A stretch of DNA of 32,000 nt from Patescibacteria group bacterium (GTDB lineage Bacteria > Patescibacteriota > UBA1384 > XYA2-FULL-43-10): the NCBI GenBank assembly GCA_041674405.1, contig JBAYVT010000003.1:90001-122000 (forward strand). The letters run 5' to 3'. Each line of letters begins with the position of its first letter. Within the stretch, counting starts at the first letter, position 1. The position numbers and the translations under genes were made by a program. This document shows positions 1-8,859 of the stretch, piece by piece. The notes under the pieces are model-generated. The model did no database searches, had not been told where the DNA came from, and saw only the letters and a list, made by a program, of their open reading frames with translations.

Positions 1-883
1 GATAGCTGGTACCACCCCCGCCGACATCGCCTCCTGTACCTCCGGCGCCAGCGGTTGCGCTAATAACCATGTTGTATTCCGAAGCCGCAGTTTCACAGCC
101 TGAATTAATATCACAGTTGATGCCAACATAGACTACTTGATCAGACGAAAGATCAACGCTGACTGTCTTAATTTCGCCAGCGTTTCCTGCCATTTCATAT
201 CCAAGTTCCGTGCGATTGCTGTCAAAAACTTTTACTGTCGGCACAGCCTTGGTATCCGGAGTAAGCTTGACAGAAAAAGGTCCCGCCTTGGCAGAAACAG
301 CATAATAATCGTCGGTATCGACAGACGAATAGTATCCTGTGTAAGTCCCCGGATTAAGAGACATGGCTGATGTGATTGCTTGACCGGCGTCAGTGGTCGA
401 TCCGGCGTCGAAGCGGTCGGTTAGGGAAACTTCAAACGTGCCTGATTCCGTTCCCCAGGTGTCATCGGAAAGGCGGATGTAGAAAGTATGTGTGCTCTTG
501 GTAGAATTGGCGAGTGCAGCGACTGTGATCGGAGCAGGGGCGTCTTCAAATTCCGAGACCATTGACTCTTTATCATCGGAAAATAACTCGATTGTATTCA
601 GTGTTCCATACTGCGCATTTTCAGTCAGAACTTTGAATGTTCCAGTGACCTTCAGCTCCTGTCCGGCTTTAACGCTAATTGAGTAAAAATGTTTTTCGTT
701 CTCCACCAGTCTACCGACGGTGTAGCTGCCGGCAGCAATTCCAACCGCGGTATCAATCGTACTGCCGCCGCTTGGCAAACTTGCGGCTTGAACCTTGGAA
801 AAAGGAATGAAGATAGTCATTAAGGATAAAACCAAAAGAGATGCACAAATTTTGCCAAAGAATTGCGCAGTGTTTTTTATCAT
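1..883 (-). CDS. Secreted protein with two PPC-like beta-sandwich repeats (partial; C-terminus lies beyond the left window edge)
   Basis: Absent from the ORF track. ATG at 883-881 lies 5 nt after AAGGAGG. I hand-translated the frame and it stays open to position 2. The N-terminus MIKNTAQFFGKICASLLVLSLMTIFIPFSKVQAA is a signal peptide. Repeated motifs EKHFYSISVKAGQELKV and DTDDYYAVSAKAGPFSVKL resemble the pre-peptidase C-terminal domain. Confidence 0.7.
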   Translation of the reverse strand, partial: MIKNTAQFFGKICASLLVLSLMTIFIPFSKVQAASLPSGGSTIDTAVGIAAGSYTVGRLVENEKHFYSISVKAGQELKVTGTFKVLTENAQYGTLNTIELFSDDKESMVSEFEDAPAPITVAALANSTKSTHTFYIRLSDDTWGTESGTFEVSLTDRFDAGSTTDAGQAITSAMSLNPGTYTGYYSSVDTDDYYAVSAKAGPFSVKLTPDTKAVPTVKVFDSNRTELGYEMAGNAGEIKTVSVDLSSDQVVYVGINCDINSGCETAASEYNMVISATAGAGGTGGDVGGGGTSY

Positions 884-908
884 TTTCCCTCCTTAAAAAT
901 TATTTAAC

Positions 909-1514
909 TTAGAAATACCAAAAAATCCGCTGTACGCCAGAGCGCAAAAGCTCTTTGAAAATTTCCGGATTCATCATATTGACCATAACGAGAGCGACTA
1001 TAATAATTATCACCGAAAGCCACTTGGTGTAGGGCCCGGCTGTACGAAACAAAAGAATTAGTGATAAAACAGCCATCAATGTCGGTCCTAAGATCTTGAT
1101 GTCGCCGAGGGGGACGTACTGGCCTCCGGCATAGATGGAATCCAAATTGAGATATTGTCCGAGATCATAGCTTACGCCGAAAGCAATAAAAATTATTTCC
1201 AGGACGATTACGACTGCCAGCGCCCACGAAGCGAATGTTGTTGACTCTCCCTTGGTTCGGTAAATTTCATATCCGACGACTGGCAACATGAAAAGCGACA
1301 GAATGAGCACGCTGTGAGTGGCAATCCCGACCAGCAATCCGATTATTGCCCAGACCGTGAGAATGCTACAAATCATCGCGGGAGAAATTTTATCTTTGGT
1401 TTTCTTTTTCTCTGTATCGGGTGGGCTTGCCTGGAAGTCTGCACTCTTTTGATATTCAATCTCCGTACCCTCCTTGGCAACGGGTGCCGGCCCGTCTGAT
1501 CCGCCTCCTATCAT
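909..1514 (-). CDS. Polytopic membrane protein, unknown function
   Basis: 201-aa ORF with 4-5 hydrophobic segments. It is tightly packed between neighbouring minus-strand genes (10 nt and 25 nt gaps), which suggests an operon. Confidence 0.6.
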   Translation of the reverse strand: MIGGGSDGPAPVAKEGTEIEYQKSADFQASPPDTEKKKTKDKISPAMICSILTVWAIIGLLVGIATHSVLILSLFMLPVVGYEIYRTKGESTTFASWALAVVIVLEIIFIAFGVSYDLGQYLNLDSIYAGGQYVPLGDIKILGPTLMAVLSLILLFRTAGPYTKWLSVIIIIVALVMVNMMNPEIFKELLRSGVQRIFWYF

Positions 1515-1523
1515 TGGTCCTCC

Positions 1524-2474
1524 TTAATTTAACTTAGAAAAAAGCTTCTCGAATATTTTCTCAACTTCATCTTTGTTCAAAAATCCCTCGGCTCCTATCG
1601 TACTTGTTTTCGGGCTGACCTCCGTCCGGTGATATGTAGCACCTTCAACTCGTTCGCTGATTTTTTTCGAATCAAACTGGCTTACCGATTCGCAAGGAGT
1701 GGCGCCATCCGGTAATGATTCGTAGCTATAGAGCAAAGAGCCGGTAATCAAATAATTCTTCACTCGAACTGCAATACAAAAACGTTTTTTCTCGTCTTGG
1801 ATCAAGAATACTGCTGGTCGGCCGAGCACCGTTCCTTGCTCATTCTGAAGCCCCGATTTTTCTCTTTCCGCCTTTATTTTCGGGGCCGAGCTCTTCATCA
1901 GGGATTGCATCTTGTCCATTTGAGCTTTTTGCGTCGGAGTCATTTGAGCTTGAACTACTTTGCTATTCAAAACTTTTTCGAGATCCATACCGGCCGGTGC
2001 ACCGGGGATTTGCGAGTTATATAAATTACCTTCCGCCGTGTCACTTTGATTCTTCATAGCTTCTCCGGCGGTTTTTTCGTCTGGATACTCGACGACAATT
2101 ATATCTGCTACCATGTCGTACTCTTCAGGATGAGATTTGTTCATCTCTTGCCTTAGTTTCTCAATGGTCTCGACGGTGACTCCCGGCATGTACCCAGAGG
2201 CTGCGCAAGCTTTCATCCCTTTGTAAAAATCCGCCAGATTTCCACGGGTCATTTCTTTCGAATATTTTACTCCGGTGGCCGCAACCGGTTCTGGCCCGCC
2301 AGAAATCAAGCCGCCATCCACCAGAGTGCGATCCATCTTAATCTCGGGGCTAAAATGACCGACAGAAACGACGGTCTGATTTACTGAAGATGATTTTTTG
2401 AACGATTTCCATTGGCTACCGGACAGGGCATCATCGATGGCTGAAATGGTTTTGTTAGATTTTTTGGCTTTCAT
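1524..2474 (-). CDS. Hypothetical protein (316 aa)
   Basis: Long ORF and first gene of the minus-strand three-gene cluster. I recognised no motif. Confidence 0.55.
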   Translation of the reverse strand: MKAKKSNKTISAIDDALSGSQWKSFKKSSSVNQTVVSVGHFSPEIKMDRTLVDGGLISGGPEPVAATGVKYSKEMTRGNLADFYKGMKACAASGYMPGVTVETIEKLRQEMNKSHPEEYDMVADIIVVEYPDEKTAGEAMKNQSDTAEGNLYNSQIPGAPAGMDLEKVLNSKVVQAQMTPTQKAQMDKMQSLMKSSAPKIKAEREKSGLQNEQGTVLGRPAVFLIQDEKKRFCIAVRVKNYLITGSLLYSYESLPDGATPCESVSQFDSKKISERVEGATYHRTEVSPKTSTIGAEGFLNKDEVEKIFEKLFSKLN

Positions 2475-2668
2475 CGCGAGCTCATCATAAATTTCTTGCT
2501 ACAATTAGCATTGTACCACTCCGCTACAATAATAAAAGTAGAGTAAAGCACCTTCTTGTGGTCGTGCAAATTTATTTTAGCGAGAGATGAAAGAGAAAAT
2601 GGTAATGTAATTTTGCGTTTATGATAATCAGCATTGTAGCACCACCAATGCAAGCGTATATTTAAAGC

Positions 2669-3031
2669 ATGAAAAAATATGCAACGGTTGAGGATTATAT
2701 TTCTTCATACGATCCTGAAACTCGGGAGAAATTGGAATTGATGCGGAAAATTATTAAAGAAGCCGCACCGGAAGCCGTCGAATCGATCAGCTACGGCATG
2801 CCTGGTTATAAACTGAACGGAAAGCAGTTTCTCTACTTCGGCGGATTTCCTACCCACATCGGTTTTTACCCCCTGCCGTGTGCGATCAGAGAATTTTCCC
2901 ACGACATTAAGAAATTCAAACACTCCAAGGGGGCAATTCAATTTTCCCTTGCTGAACCTTTGCCGATAGGGTTAATAAAAAGAATGGTTAAGTATCGAAT
3001 AAGTGAACTGGAAGATAATAACTCGTGTTAA
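2669..3031 (+). CDS. DUF1801 / YdhG-like small protein
   Basis: 120 aa. The motif ISYGMPGYKLNGKQFLYFGGFPTHIGFYP is typical of the YdhG/DUF1801 family. A TATATT -10 box lies 6 nt before the ATG. Confidence 0.65.
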   Translation: MKKYATVEDYISSYDPETREKLELMRKIIKEAAPEAVESISYGMPGYKLNGKQFLYFGGFPTHIGFYPLPCAIREFSHDIKKFKHSKGAIQFSLAEPLPIGLIKRMVKYRISELEDNNSC

Positions 3032-3693
3032 TAAATATAGAGGAACCGATTATAAATTATCTTTCGAATCTATACAATCTACCCGGGACGGTCAGCTACT
3101 GCGAGCAAGCAATCGGCCACATAATCAAACGGCCATTTGATACCGGTGGCAATATTGTCTTTCTAATTGTCGGGATAATAATTTTATTGGTGGGCAGAAA
3201 CAAAGCACTCGCTAGAGCCTTCGGTTGGACGACAATTTTGATCTGGCTTCTTTCATCGATCTGGGATGCAACTGCTAGTTTTCTCTTTCAGATTTTCGAT
3301 TTCACCGGAATGTTTATTTTCGTAACATTGCTTTTATTTTTGAATTTCGAGCGAATGGGGTTAAAAGTGGCTAAAATTTATCGCTGGCTGGTTGTGATTC
3401 TCGGCGCGGCGATATTTTTGGTATTTGGTGGACTTTCGCCTCATGTTTTCTTCGGCGCATTGGTTTTTGCCGTCATAATTACTGAATTTTTGGCGAGGCA
3501 AAAATATTCAAGAAAACTTTGGTACTTGGGCTTGGCTTCTTTCGCCACCGGATTCATATTTTGGATAATTGATATGAATAAACTCATTTGTGACCCGACA
3601 AAAATTTTCTCTGGCCGCAACTTAGAGCACCTATTTTTCTCGATAGCAATATATCTTCTGTGTGTACATTATAGTAAGATTCAAGAAGAATAA
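3025..3693 (+). CDS. Polytopic membrane protein (possibly ceramidase-like, weak)
   Basis: 222 aa with about 6-7 TM segments. The N-terminal CE...RPFDTGGNIVFL is loosely reminiscent of alkaline ceramidase family membrane proteins. Start codon is uncertain. Confidence 0.5.
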   Translation: MLINIEEPIINYLSNLYNLPGTVSYCEQAIGHIIKRPFDTGGNIVFLIVGIIILLVGRNKALARAFGWTTILIWLLSSIWDATASFLFQIFDFTGMFIFVTLLLFLNFERMGLKVAKIYRWLVVILGAAIFLVFGGLSPHVFFGALVFAVIITEFLARQKYSRKLWYLGLASFATGFIFWIIDMNKLICDPTKIFSGRNLEHLFFSIAIYLLCVHYSKIQEE

Positions 3694-3704
3694 TTGAGGG
3701 TAAT

Positions 3705-4295
3705 ATGAATATTTTTCTTACTTCACAAGCGTCGAGGGTTTTGGATAAGATTGTGGAAATGCTACCAAAACCACCCAGAGAACTCAGGGTGGCATTTATT
3801 CCGACAGCATCCGATCCCTACGAAGAGCATCCGTGGTTAGATGAGGATCGAGCGAAGTTTATCGAACTTGGATTTAATGTTATTGACTTCGATTTGAAGT
3901 ATAAAACAGAGGATGAAACGCGCCAAGCTCTTAAAAATTTTGATATTTTGTTTGTTGCTGGTGGTAACACATTCTATCTTCTGAGCGAAGCAAGGAAGAG
4001 CGGGTTCTGCAAAGTTGCAAAGGAAATGGTTGAAGCTGGCAAAATTTACATTGGATCTAGTGCGGGAAGTTACATCGCTTGCCCAACAATCGAAGCAGCC
4101 ACATGGAAAAATCCGGAGAAAGAACGATTTGGGCTGGTTGATCTAAGGGCTTTGTGCTTCGTAGATTTTATACTCACAGCACACTACAAAGACAAATATA
4201 AGGATGCAGTGGCTGAAGGCAAAAAAACTTCTAGATACCGTGTAGTTGTATTAACTGACGAACAATTTGTTGATAAAGATGGAAAAATTTACTAA
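3705..4295 (+). CDS. Peptidase S51 (dipeptidase E / PepE-like) family protein
   Basis: 196 aa. Motifs FVAGGNTFYLL and IGSSAGSYIACP match the PepE-type class I amidotransferase-like fold. A GAGGG RBS precedes the start. Confidence 0.75.
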   Translation: MNIFLTSQASRVLDKIVEMLPKPPRELRVAFIPTASDPYEEHPWLDEDRAKFIELGFNVIDFDLKYKTEDETRQALKNFDILFVAGGNTFYLLSEARKSGFCKVAKEMVEAGKIYIGSSAGSYIACPTIEAATWKNPEKERFGLVDLRALCFVDFILTAHYKDKYKDAVAEGKKTSRYRVVVLTDEQFVDKDGKIY

Positions 4296-4647
4296 AAATC
4301 TAATAGCCCCTTGTGGGATGAACTGCGGAGTTTGTCTTCACTATTTACGGGCAGAAAATAAATGCCCTGGTTGCTTTACCGGTCGTAAAGTAAATAGTCG
4401 ACCGATCAAGTGCGGGCGCCGCCTATGCAAAAGCCGAACTGGCGTTTTCTGCTTCGAGTGCAATAAGTTCCCTTGCGACAGCATTGAGCGATTAGATGCG
4501 CGCTATCGTGAAAAATACGGCATGTCGGAAATTGAGAATTTACTATATATAAGAGACAATGGAATTGACGAATTCTTAAAATCGCAAGGGAAGAAATATA
4601 TCAAAGGCGACAAAATATATTGCGTGCATGATAAAAAATATTATTAG
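4279..4647 (+). CDS. Cys-rich DUF3795-like protein
   Basis: APCGMNCGVCLHYL...KCPGC...FCFECNKFPC is the cysteine pattern typical of DUF3795. I chose the internal ATG at 4279, whereas the track starts at 4267. Confidence 0.6.
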   Translation: MEKFTKNLIAPCGMNCGVCLHYLRAENKCPGCFTGRKVNSRPIKCGRRLCKSRTGVFCFECNKFPCDSIERLDARYREKYGMSEIENLLYIRDNGIDEFLKSQGKKYIKGDKIYCVHDKKYY

Positions 4648-4658
4648 AAATCTAAGCC

Positions 4659-4985
4659 ATGAAAAATAGTACAGCAAAATTTTTCCTTTGGATTCCCAGA
4701 ATTCTCTCGATCCTTTTCATTATCTTCATCAGCATATTTGCTTTGGATGTTTTTTCTGAATCACAATGGCTATTTGCTCTTTTAATGCACCTGATCCCCA
4801 CTGCTATTTTGATTATATTAACAGCGATTGCCTGGAAAAACGAGTGGATCGGCGGAATGATATTTTTTGCATCTGGAGTGATTTTTTTGATTGCGACTCG
4901 CCTTGAGGCCTACATAATCGCTCTCCCATTAATTGCCATCGGGGTATTGTTTTTACTGAGTAAAAAATATGGTCTAAAGAAATGA
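4659..4985 (+). CDS. Small membrane protein (3 TM)
   Basis: 108-aa hydrophobic ORF in a co-directional gene string. Confidence 0.5.
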   Translation: MKNSTAKFFLWIPRILSILFIIFISIFALDVFSESQWLFALLMHLIPTAILIILTAIAWKNEWIGGMIFFASGVIFLIATRLEAYIIALPLIAIGVLFLLSKKYGLKK

Positions 4986-4992
4986 GGTGTAA

Positions 4993-5502
4993 ATGGCAAA
5001 ACAATTAAATGAGAATGGAAAAGAGCTGGGACCGAATGATGAAACCGGCTGCTGCCCGCGATTTGATCCCAAACCGTGGGATGGAAAAGTTATTGAATGG
5101 GAAGCTAAAAAGTTTATAAAAGACCGCGTCAGAACGTTTATGTTCATGCCGATTAACTTTGGCAAAGTAATGACTAGAGCGATGAAAAAGATCGATGATT
5201 CAGATGCCAAGTCAGACGTCGGACTCTGCTTATCTGACCATACTTCAAAATGGAATATGGACATTTACATTGCCGTATCCAAAGAAGTTAAAGACGCGGA
5301 TAATGTGACGATTTCCGGCAAGTTTTTATCCAAAGTTTACGATGGCCCGTTCAAAGATACGGGCATTTGGTGTAAGGATTTCGAGAATTATGCAAAAAAA
5401 GAGGGTCACGAGATTAAAAAGTGGTACATGTCCTACACTACCTGCCCTGCCTGTGCCAAAAAATACGGCCATAATTATGTGATTGTCTTGGGACAAATTT
5501 AA
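4993..5502 (+). CDS. Conserved-looking hypothetical protein with CC...CPAC cysteines
   Basis: 169 aa. GAGGTG RBS. Motifs GCCPRFDPKPWDGK and YTTCPACAKKYG. Family not recognised. Confidence 0.6.
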   Translation: MAKQLNENGKELGPNDETGCCPRFDPKPWDGKVIEWEAKKFIKDRVRTFMFMPINFGKVMTRAMKKIDDSDAKSDVGLCLSDHTSKWNMDIYIAVSKEVKDADNVTISGKFLSKVYDGPFKDTGIWCKDFENYAKKEGHEIKKWYMSYTTCPACAKKYGHNYVIVLGQI

Positions 5503-5570
5503 TTCAAATCTTATGGGAAAAATAAGACTGAAGAGATCACAATAAATTCTTTGGAGATATCATTAAAAAA

Positions 5571-6185
5571 ATGAAAAAAATATCAATTTTCGGTTTTCTT
5601 GGGACCGCTACATATCTTTTAACAATTATCATCGGTGGACTTTTTAGAGACAACTATCGGCTTTTTATTGACCCGATCAGCCGTATTTTTGCACGAGGCC
5701 TTCCTGGAAGCTGGGCCATTGCCCTGTTTCTTACACTAGGCAATTTTTTGATAATTGCGATCGCGATTGGGATATTTATTCGCTCAAAAAATACTTTTAT
5801 CAAAACCGGAATGATTTTTTTGATTTTTTCAGGGATCATCGCGAGCATACTGTATAATTTTTTTCCAATGGATCCATGGCTCGGCGGCCGGACCCCGGCA
5901 GATGTCATACACAATGATATTTTTGGGGTTGTTGTTGCGAGTATTATTTTTGCCTTGTTTTTCTTTGCCCTGGGAGCCAAATTTGAACTGAGATACAAGA
6001 GTTTGTCCAAATATCTTTGGGCGACATTTATTGCGTTCCTCGCAGTTAGTGTTGCCGGCGGAATATCCTGGGATAATTTTCCCTATCTCACCGGCTCACT
6101 TGAGAGTATTTTTTTGTTAATCTTCATGCAATGGCTCATTGTGATTTCAAGAACGCTTCAACTAGAGCATAATAAAAACAATTAG
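5571..6185 (+). CDS. Polytopic membrane protein (DUF998-like guess)
   Basis: 204 aa with about 6 TM segments. GGAGAT RBS. Confidence 0.55.
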   Translation: MKKISIFGFLGTATYLLTIIIGGLFRDNYRLFIDPISRIFARGLPGSWAIALFLTLGNFLIIAIAIGIFIRSKNTFIKTGMIFLIFSGIIASILYNFFPMDPWLGGRTPADVIHNDIFGVVVASIIFALFFFALGAKFELRYKSLSKYLWATFIAFLAVSVAGGISWDNFPYLTGSLESIFLLIFMQWLIVISRTLQLEHNKNN

Positions 6186-6274
6186 ATGTTTGGAAGGAAA
6201 ATGAACGAGGACCAAGAGCCCAAAAAAGAAGTTTTTGAGGAAGACGACGAATCGGAATGGGAATAAATTTTATA

Positions 6275-7186
6275 TCAGTAGGAATGGGTTGAAAAGAAAG
6301 CCCGAGCTTCATCTCGAGTTGAACTTATAGGCACTCCGCTTTGATAGAGCATCCTGATCGATCTTTGATCATTGGCCTTAAGCCCACCCCAATACATCAT
6401 AATCGGATTACCCATCTCTGACTCTCCCAACCTATTCGAATGGCCCATAAAACCAACCGCATGCATCATTTCGTGCTTTAGAGACCAGCATTTTTCTTCG
6501 TTGCCCCAATCGCTATTATTTGGAAGATAGATTACCGCCGAGGTCATATTCCCTAAAGTATCATTTGTCGTATCCGCAAACGGTAAATAATTACCATTCA
6601 TTTCCCGAAGTTCCTCCATTGTGACCATCTCGATCCTTATCTGCATCGCCGGTTGGTTGGCATCATGAACAATCCTAACTCCTCCAGAATTATTGTTGAA
6701 ATCAGCAATGAACATATCAAGACATTGGTTATACTCTGATAAAATTACGCCAGGCCGCCCTGCGGCATAAATTGTACTTCTCGACCAACGTTTTGTATTC
6801 CTGGGTTCAAATTCACCGATACTGGAATTTGCTAGATCAAGATAGAAATCCAAGAAACTGACAGATGCGGCTGGAGGTGTCGTTCCTGGATTTGATCCTC
6901 CGGAGTTATCTTGTCCATCTGATTTATCACTTTTGGGCGCATCTTTTGTATCAGGAGTTTTTGTTTCCGGATTATCTGCCAGATTTTCAGCCGAGGGTTC
7001 TTCGTTGGGAAAATTTATTTCGATATCGTCTTTTGAATTTGGACCGAGAAAATATGAGCGATAACTAGCATATCCGGTGACAGCAAAAAATAAAAAAATT
7101 ATTACTCCAAGAATGATCCAGCGGGTTTTTTTGGGGGTTTTGGCCTTTTGTTCTTCGCCAGGTTTTTGATCTTCCCTTTTTTCCAT
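6275..7186 (-). CDS. Membrane-anchored zinc metalloprotease (HExxHxxGxxH, metzincin-like)
   Basis: HEMMHAVGFMGH zincin motif and an N-terminal TM anchor (WIILGVIIFLFFAVTGYA). I chose the ATG at 7186. A TATAAT box lies 8 nt upstream. Confidence 0.75.
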   Translation of the reverse strand: MEKREDQKPGEEQKAKTPKKTRWIILGVIIFLFFAVTGYASYRSYFLGPNSKDDIEINFPNEEPSAENLADNPETKTPDTKDAPKSDKSDGQDNSGGSNPGTTPPAASVSFLDFYLDLANSSIGEFEPRNTKRWSRSTIYAAGRPGVILSEYNQCLDMFIADFNNNSGGVRIVHDANQPAMQIRIEMVTMEELREMNGNYLPFADTTNDTLGNMTSAVIYLPNNSDWGNEEKCWSLKHEMMHAVGFMGHSNRLGESEMGNPIMMYWGGLKANDQRSIRMLYQSGVPISSTRDEARAFFSTHSY

Positions 7187-7442
7187 CAAAATTTATTATA
7201 TTCCTCCGTCATCAAGTTGAAAATAAGTTTATGCTTGAGTAAAATAAAAGCAATATTGATATTGCTTAGTTGATTTCGAAATGGAGTCAAATGGAACAGT
7301 GGATTTTGATCCTTGGCTGGGGGTCGCCGATAGGCATCGGGATTTTCCTAGTCGCCATAGCGACTATGGTTTATATTCTGTCCAAGGCCAACAAGAAAAA
7401 AGAATAGGAATATTCTAAAATATTTCATTGGACGAAGGAATC

Positions 7443-7706
7443 ATGAGACGATGGTTCCACTGGATTTTTTTGGGAATTGGAATCGTGCTCTTAATTCTTG
7501 GTGCAACCCTGGCATTTTATTACTACTACCGCTTGCCGATGGAGATCAAGTCCGGCGAATTCACCCACACAGCGATTGATGTCGTCCAAAGTAGCGGCAA
7601 ATCGCCAGGAATTGTAACTTGGAAAATCGGCTCAAATACCTATACAATCGATAATTCGGGTGATGGCGGTGGGGCCTCCACTAAAGATACTGATACAAAA
7701 AAATAA
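7443..7706 (+). CDS. Small single-TM protein
   Basis: ATG at 7443 preceded by GAAGGAA. One TM segment (WIFLGIGIVLLILGATLAFYYYY). Confidence 0.45.
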   Translation: MRRWFHWIFLGIGIVLLILGATLAFYYYYRLPMEIKSGEFTHTAIDVVQSSGKSPGIVTWKIGSNTYTIDNSGDGGGASTKDTDTKK

Positions 7707-7735
7707 TTGACCTCGAGGAACTCTTTCGCTATATT
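7707..7735 (+). promoter_or_regulatory. Sigma-70-type promoter TTGACC-17-TATATT
   Basis: TTGACC at 7707-7712, a 17 nt spacer, then TATATT at 7730-7735. Confidence 0.5.
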
Positions 7736-7920
7736 TTAGCTGTTGGAAAAATGTTCTCGTGTTCTGCCCTTGGAACAATCAAACGAGCCCAACCGGAAAA
7801 CTCAAGGGCCCCAAAAACTATTCAAATGCGGACTTGCCTCGAGTCGAAAAGGTTTACCTCGAGCTTAGTCGAGAGGTCGAAATTGGATAGTCTTATCAAC
7901 CTAACTTCGCTGGAGAATTC

Positions 7921-8121
7921 ATGGATAATAAAGAATTCAACAAGGCCTTCGATGAGGCAACAAAGAAGAAAATGCTCGAAGAGCCGGAAATTTGGTACAA
8001 ACCGCGAAGGCACAGATGGGATGAGTGGGGCTCGCCGGTCGGACTGGGAATCTGGTGGTTGCTATTCTGGGTTACACCAGCAATCGTCATCTACATCCTC
8101 CATCTCGCCGAACTGATCTAG
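7921..8121 (+). CDS. Small membrane protein (66 aa)
   Basis: GGAGAA RBS before the ATG, a C-terminal TM segment (GLGIWWLLFWVTPAIVIYILHL), and a strong terminator downstream. Confidence 0.45.
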   Translation: MDNKEFNKAFDEATKKKMLEEPEIWYKPRRHRWDEWGSPVGLGIWWLLFWVTPAIVIYILHLAELI

Positions 8122-8131
8122 CAAGCAAAAT

Positions 8132-8167
8132 AAAAATCGCCCGACATTTCTCGGGCGATTTTTATTT
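8132..8167 (+). terminator. Rho-independent terminator
   Basis: ATCGCCCGA / TCGGGCGAT 9-bp stem with a 6-nt loop, followed by TTTTTATTT. Confidence 0.7.
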
Positions 8168-8198
8168 GGCAAACAATTTGAAAGTTTGCTCAAGAATA

Positions 8199-8227
8199 TT
8201 GCAAAAAAGGCAAATTTATTGTATAAA
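8199..8227 (+). promoter_or_regulatory. Sigma-70-type promoter TTGCAA-17-TATAAA
   Basis: TTGCAA at 8199-8204, a 17 nt spacer, then TATAAA at 8222-8227, directly upstream of the GC-rich minigene. Confidence 0.5.
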
Positions 8228-8255
8228 ATATACGCTCAATAAAACGGAGAAATCT

Positions 8256-8549
8256 GTGACTCGGAAAGGAGTTGCTGCGGTACCTATGACCGAAACCACC
8301 AACCACAAGAGACAGAGACAAGCCCGACTCCGCACTCGCCAACCGTTAATGCTTGACTTGAGCGACGGCGAGCTTCTGAAAGAGCTCGGCAACAGCGTCC
8401 GCGTCCACTTCCGGTGCGGCCACATTGAATGGGTCGACACTCGCACCCTCCTAGCTCAAGACGGAGGTCGAGCCGTCGCCACTGCAGCAGTCAAGTACAA
8501 TGCGGTGATCCGTCGGAGCCAGACGTACTGCCCGGCCTGCAACAAGTGA
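8256..8549 (+). CDS. GC-rich orphan small protein (97 aa), basic N-terminus, CGH...CPAC motif
   Basis: GTG at 8256 lies 7 nt after GGAG. Third codon positions are GC-rich, unlike neighbouring genes. The AT-rich upstream 231 nt of the track ORF (8025..8549) is rejected. A terminator follows. Confidence 0.55.
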   Translation: MTRKGVAAVPMTETTNHKRQRQARLRTRQPLMLDLSDGELLKELGNSVRVHFRCGHIEWVDTRTLLAQDGGRAVATAAVKYNAVIRRSQTYCPACNK

Positions 8550-8602
8550 CGACTTCGCTACTCCGTACACCGCGCCCATTCCTGCAACTCGGGAATGGGC
8601 AA

Positions 8603-8642
8603 GGCCAGAGAGATCAAATAATTGATCATTCTGGCCTTTTTT
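8603..8642 (+). terminator. Rho-independent terminator
   Basis: GGCCAGA...TCTGGCC outer stem with an inner GATCAA/TTGATC stem, followed by TTTTTT. Confidence 0.65.
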
Positions 8643-8859
8643 GGATCAATTTCCATATTTATCTCCATACTCTCGAGCTAAAATAGAAATAATTTAGAAT
8701 GTAAAACCTAAAGCTGGGACGATAAGCGAATATTCGGATCTAAATAAACATTAAAAGGTGGTAACCAACAGATTGTAGCTAGTGATTTTGGAGGAATTAC
8801 TCTTTATTTGGCCTCTACAATTATCTATAATTAAATTATCTATTAACAAAAAGGAGCTT

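Noticed and set aside
137-686. Plus-strand track ORFs 137..370 and 492..686.
   Set aside because: They are antisense to a continuous minus-strand frame (1..883) that has an RBS, a signal peptide and domain-like repeats.
7751-8116. 121-aa ORF overlapping the leader and the 66-aa gene.
   Set aside because: The translation is S/R/K-rich and not protein-like, with no RBS. The alternative 66-aa frame has an RBS and a TM helix.
8025-8255. N-terminal 77 codons of the 174-aa track ORF.
   Set aside because: This part runs through a rho-independent terminator and a promoter and is AT-rich, unlike the GC-rich remainder. A GTG with a proper SD sequence lies at 8256.
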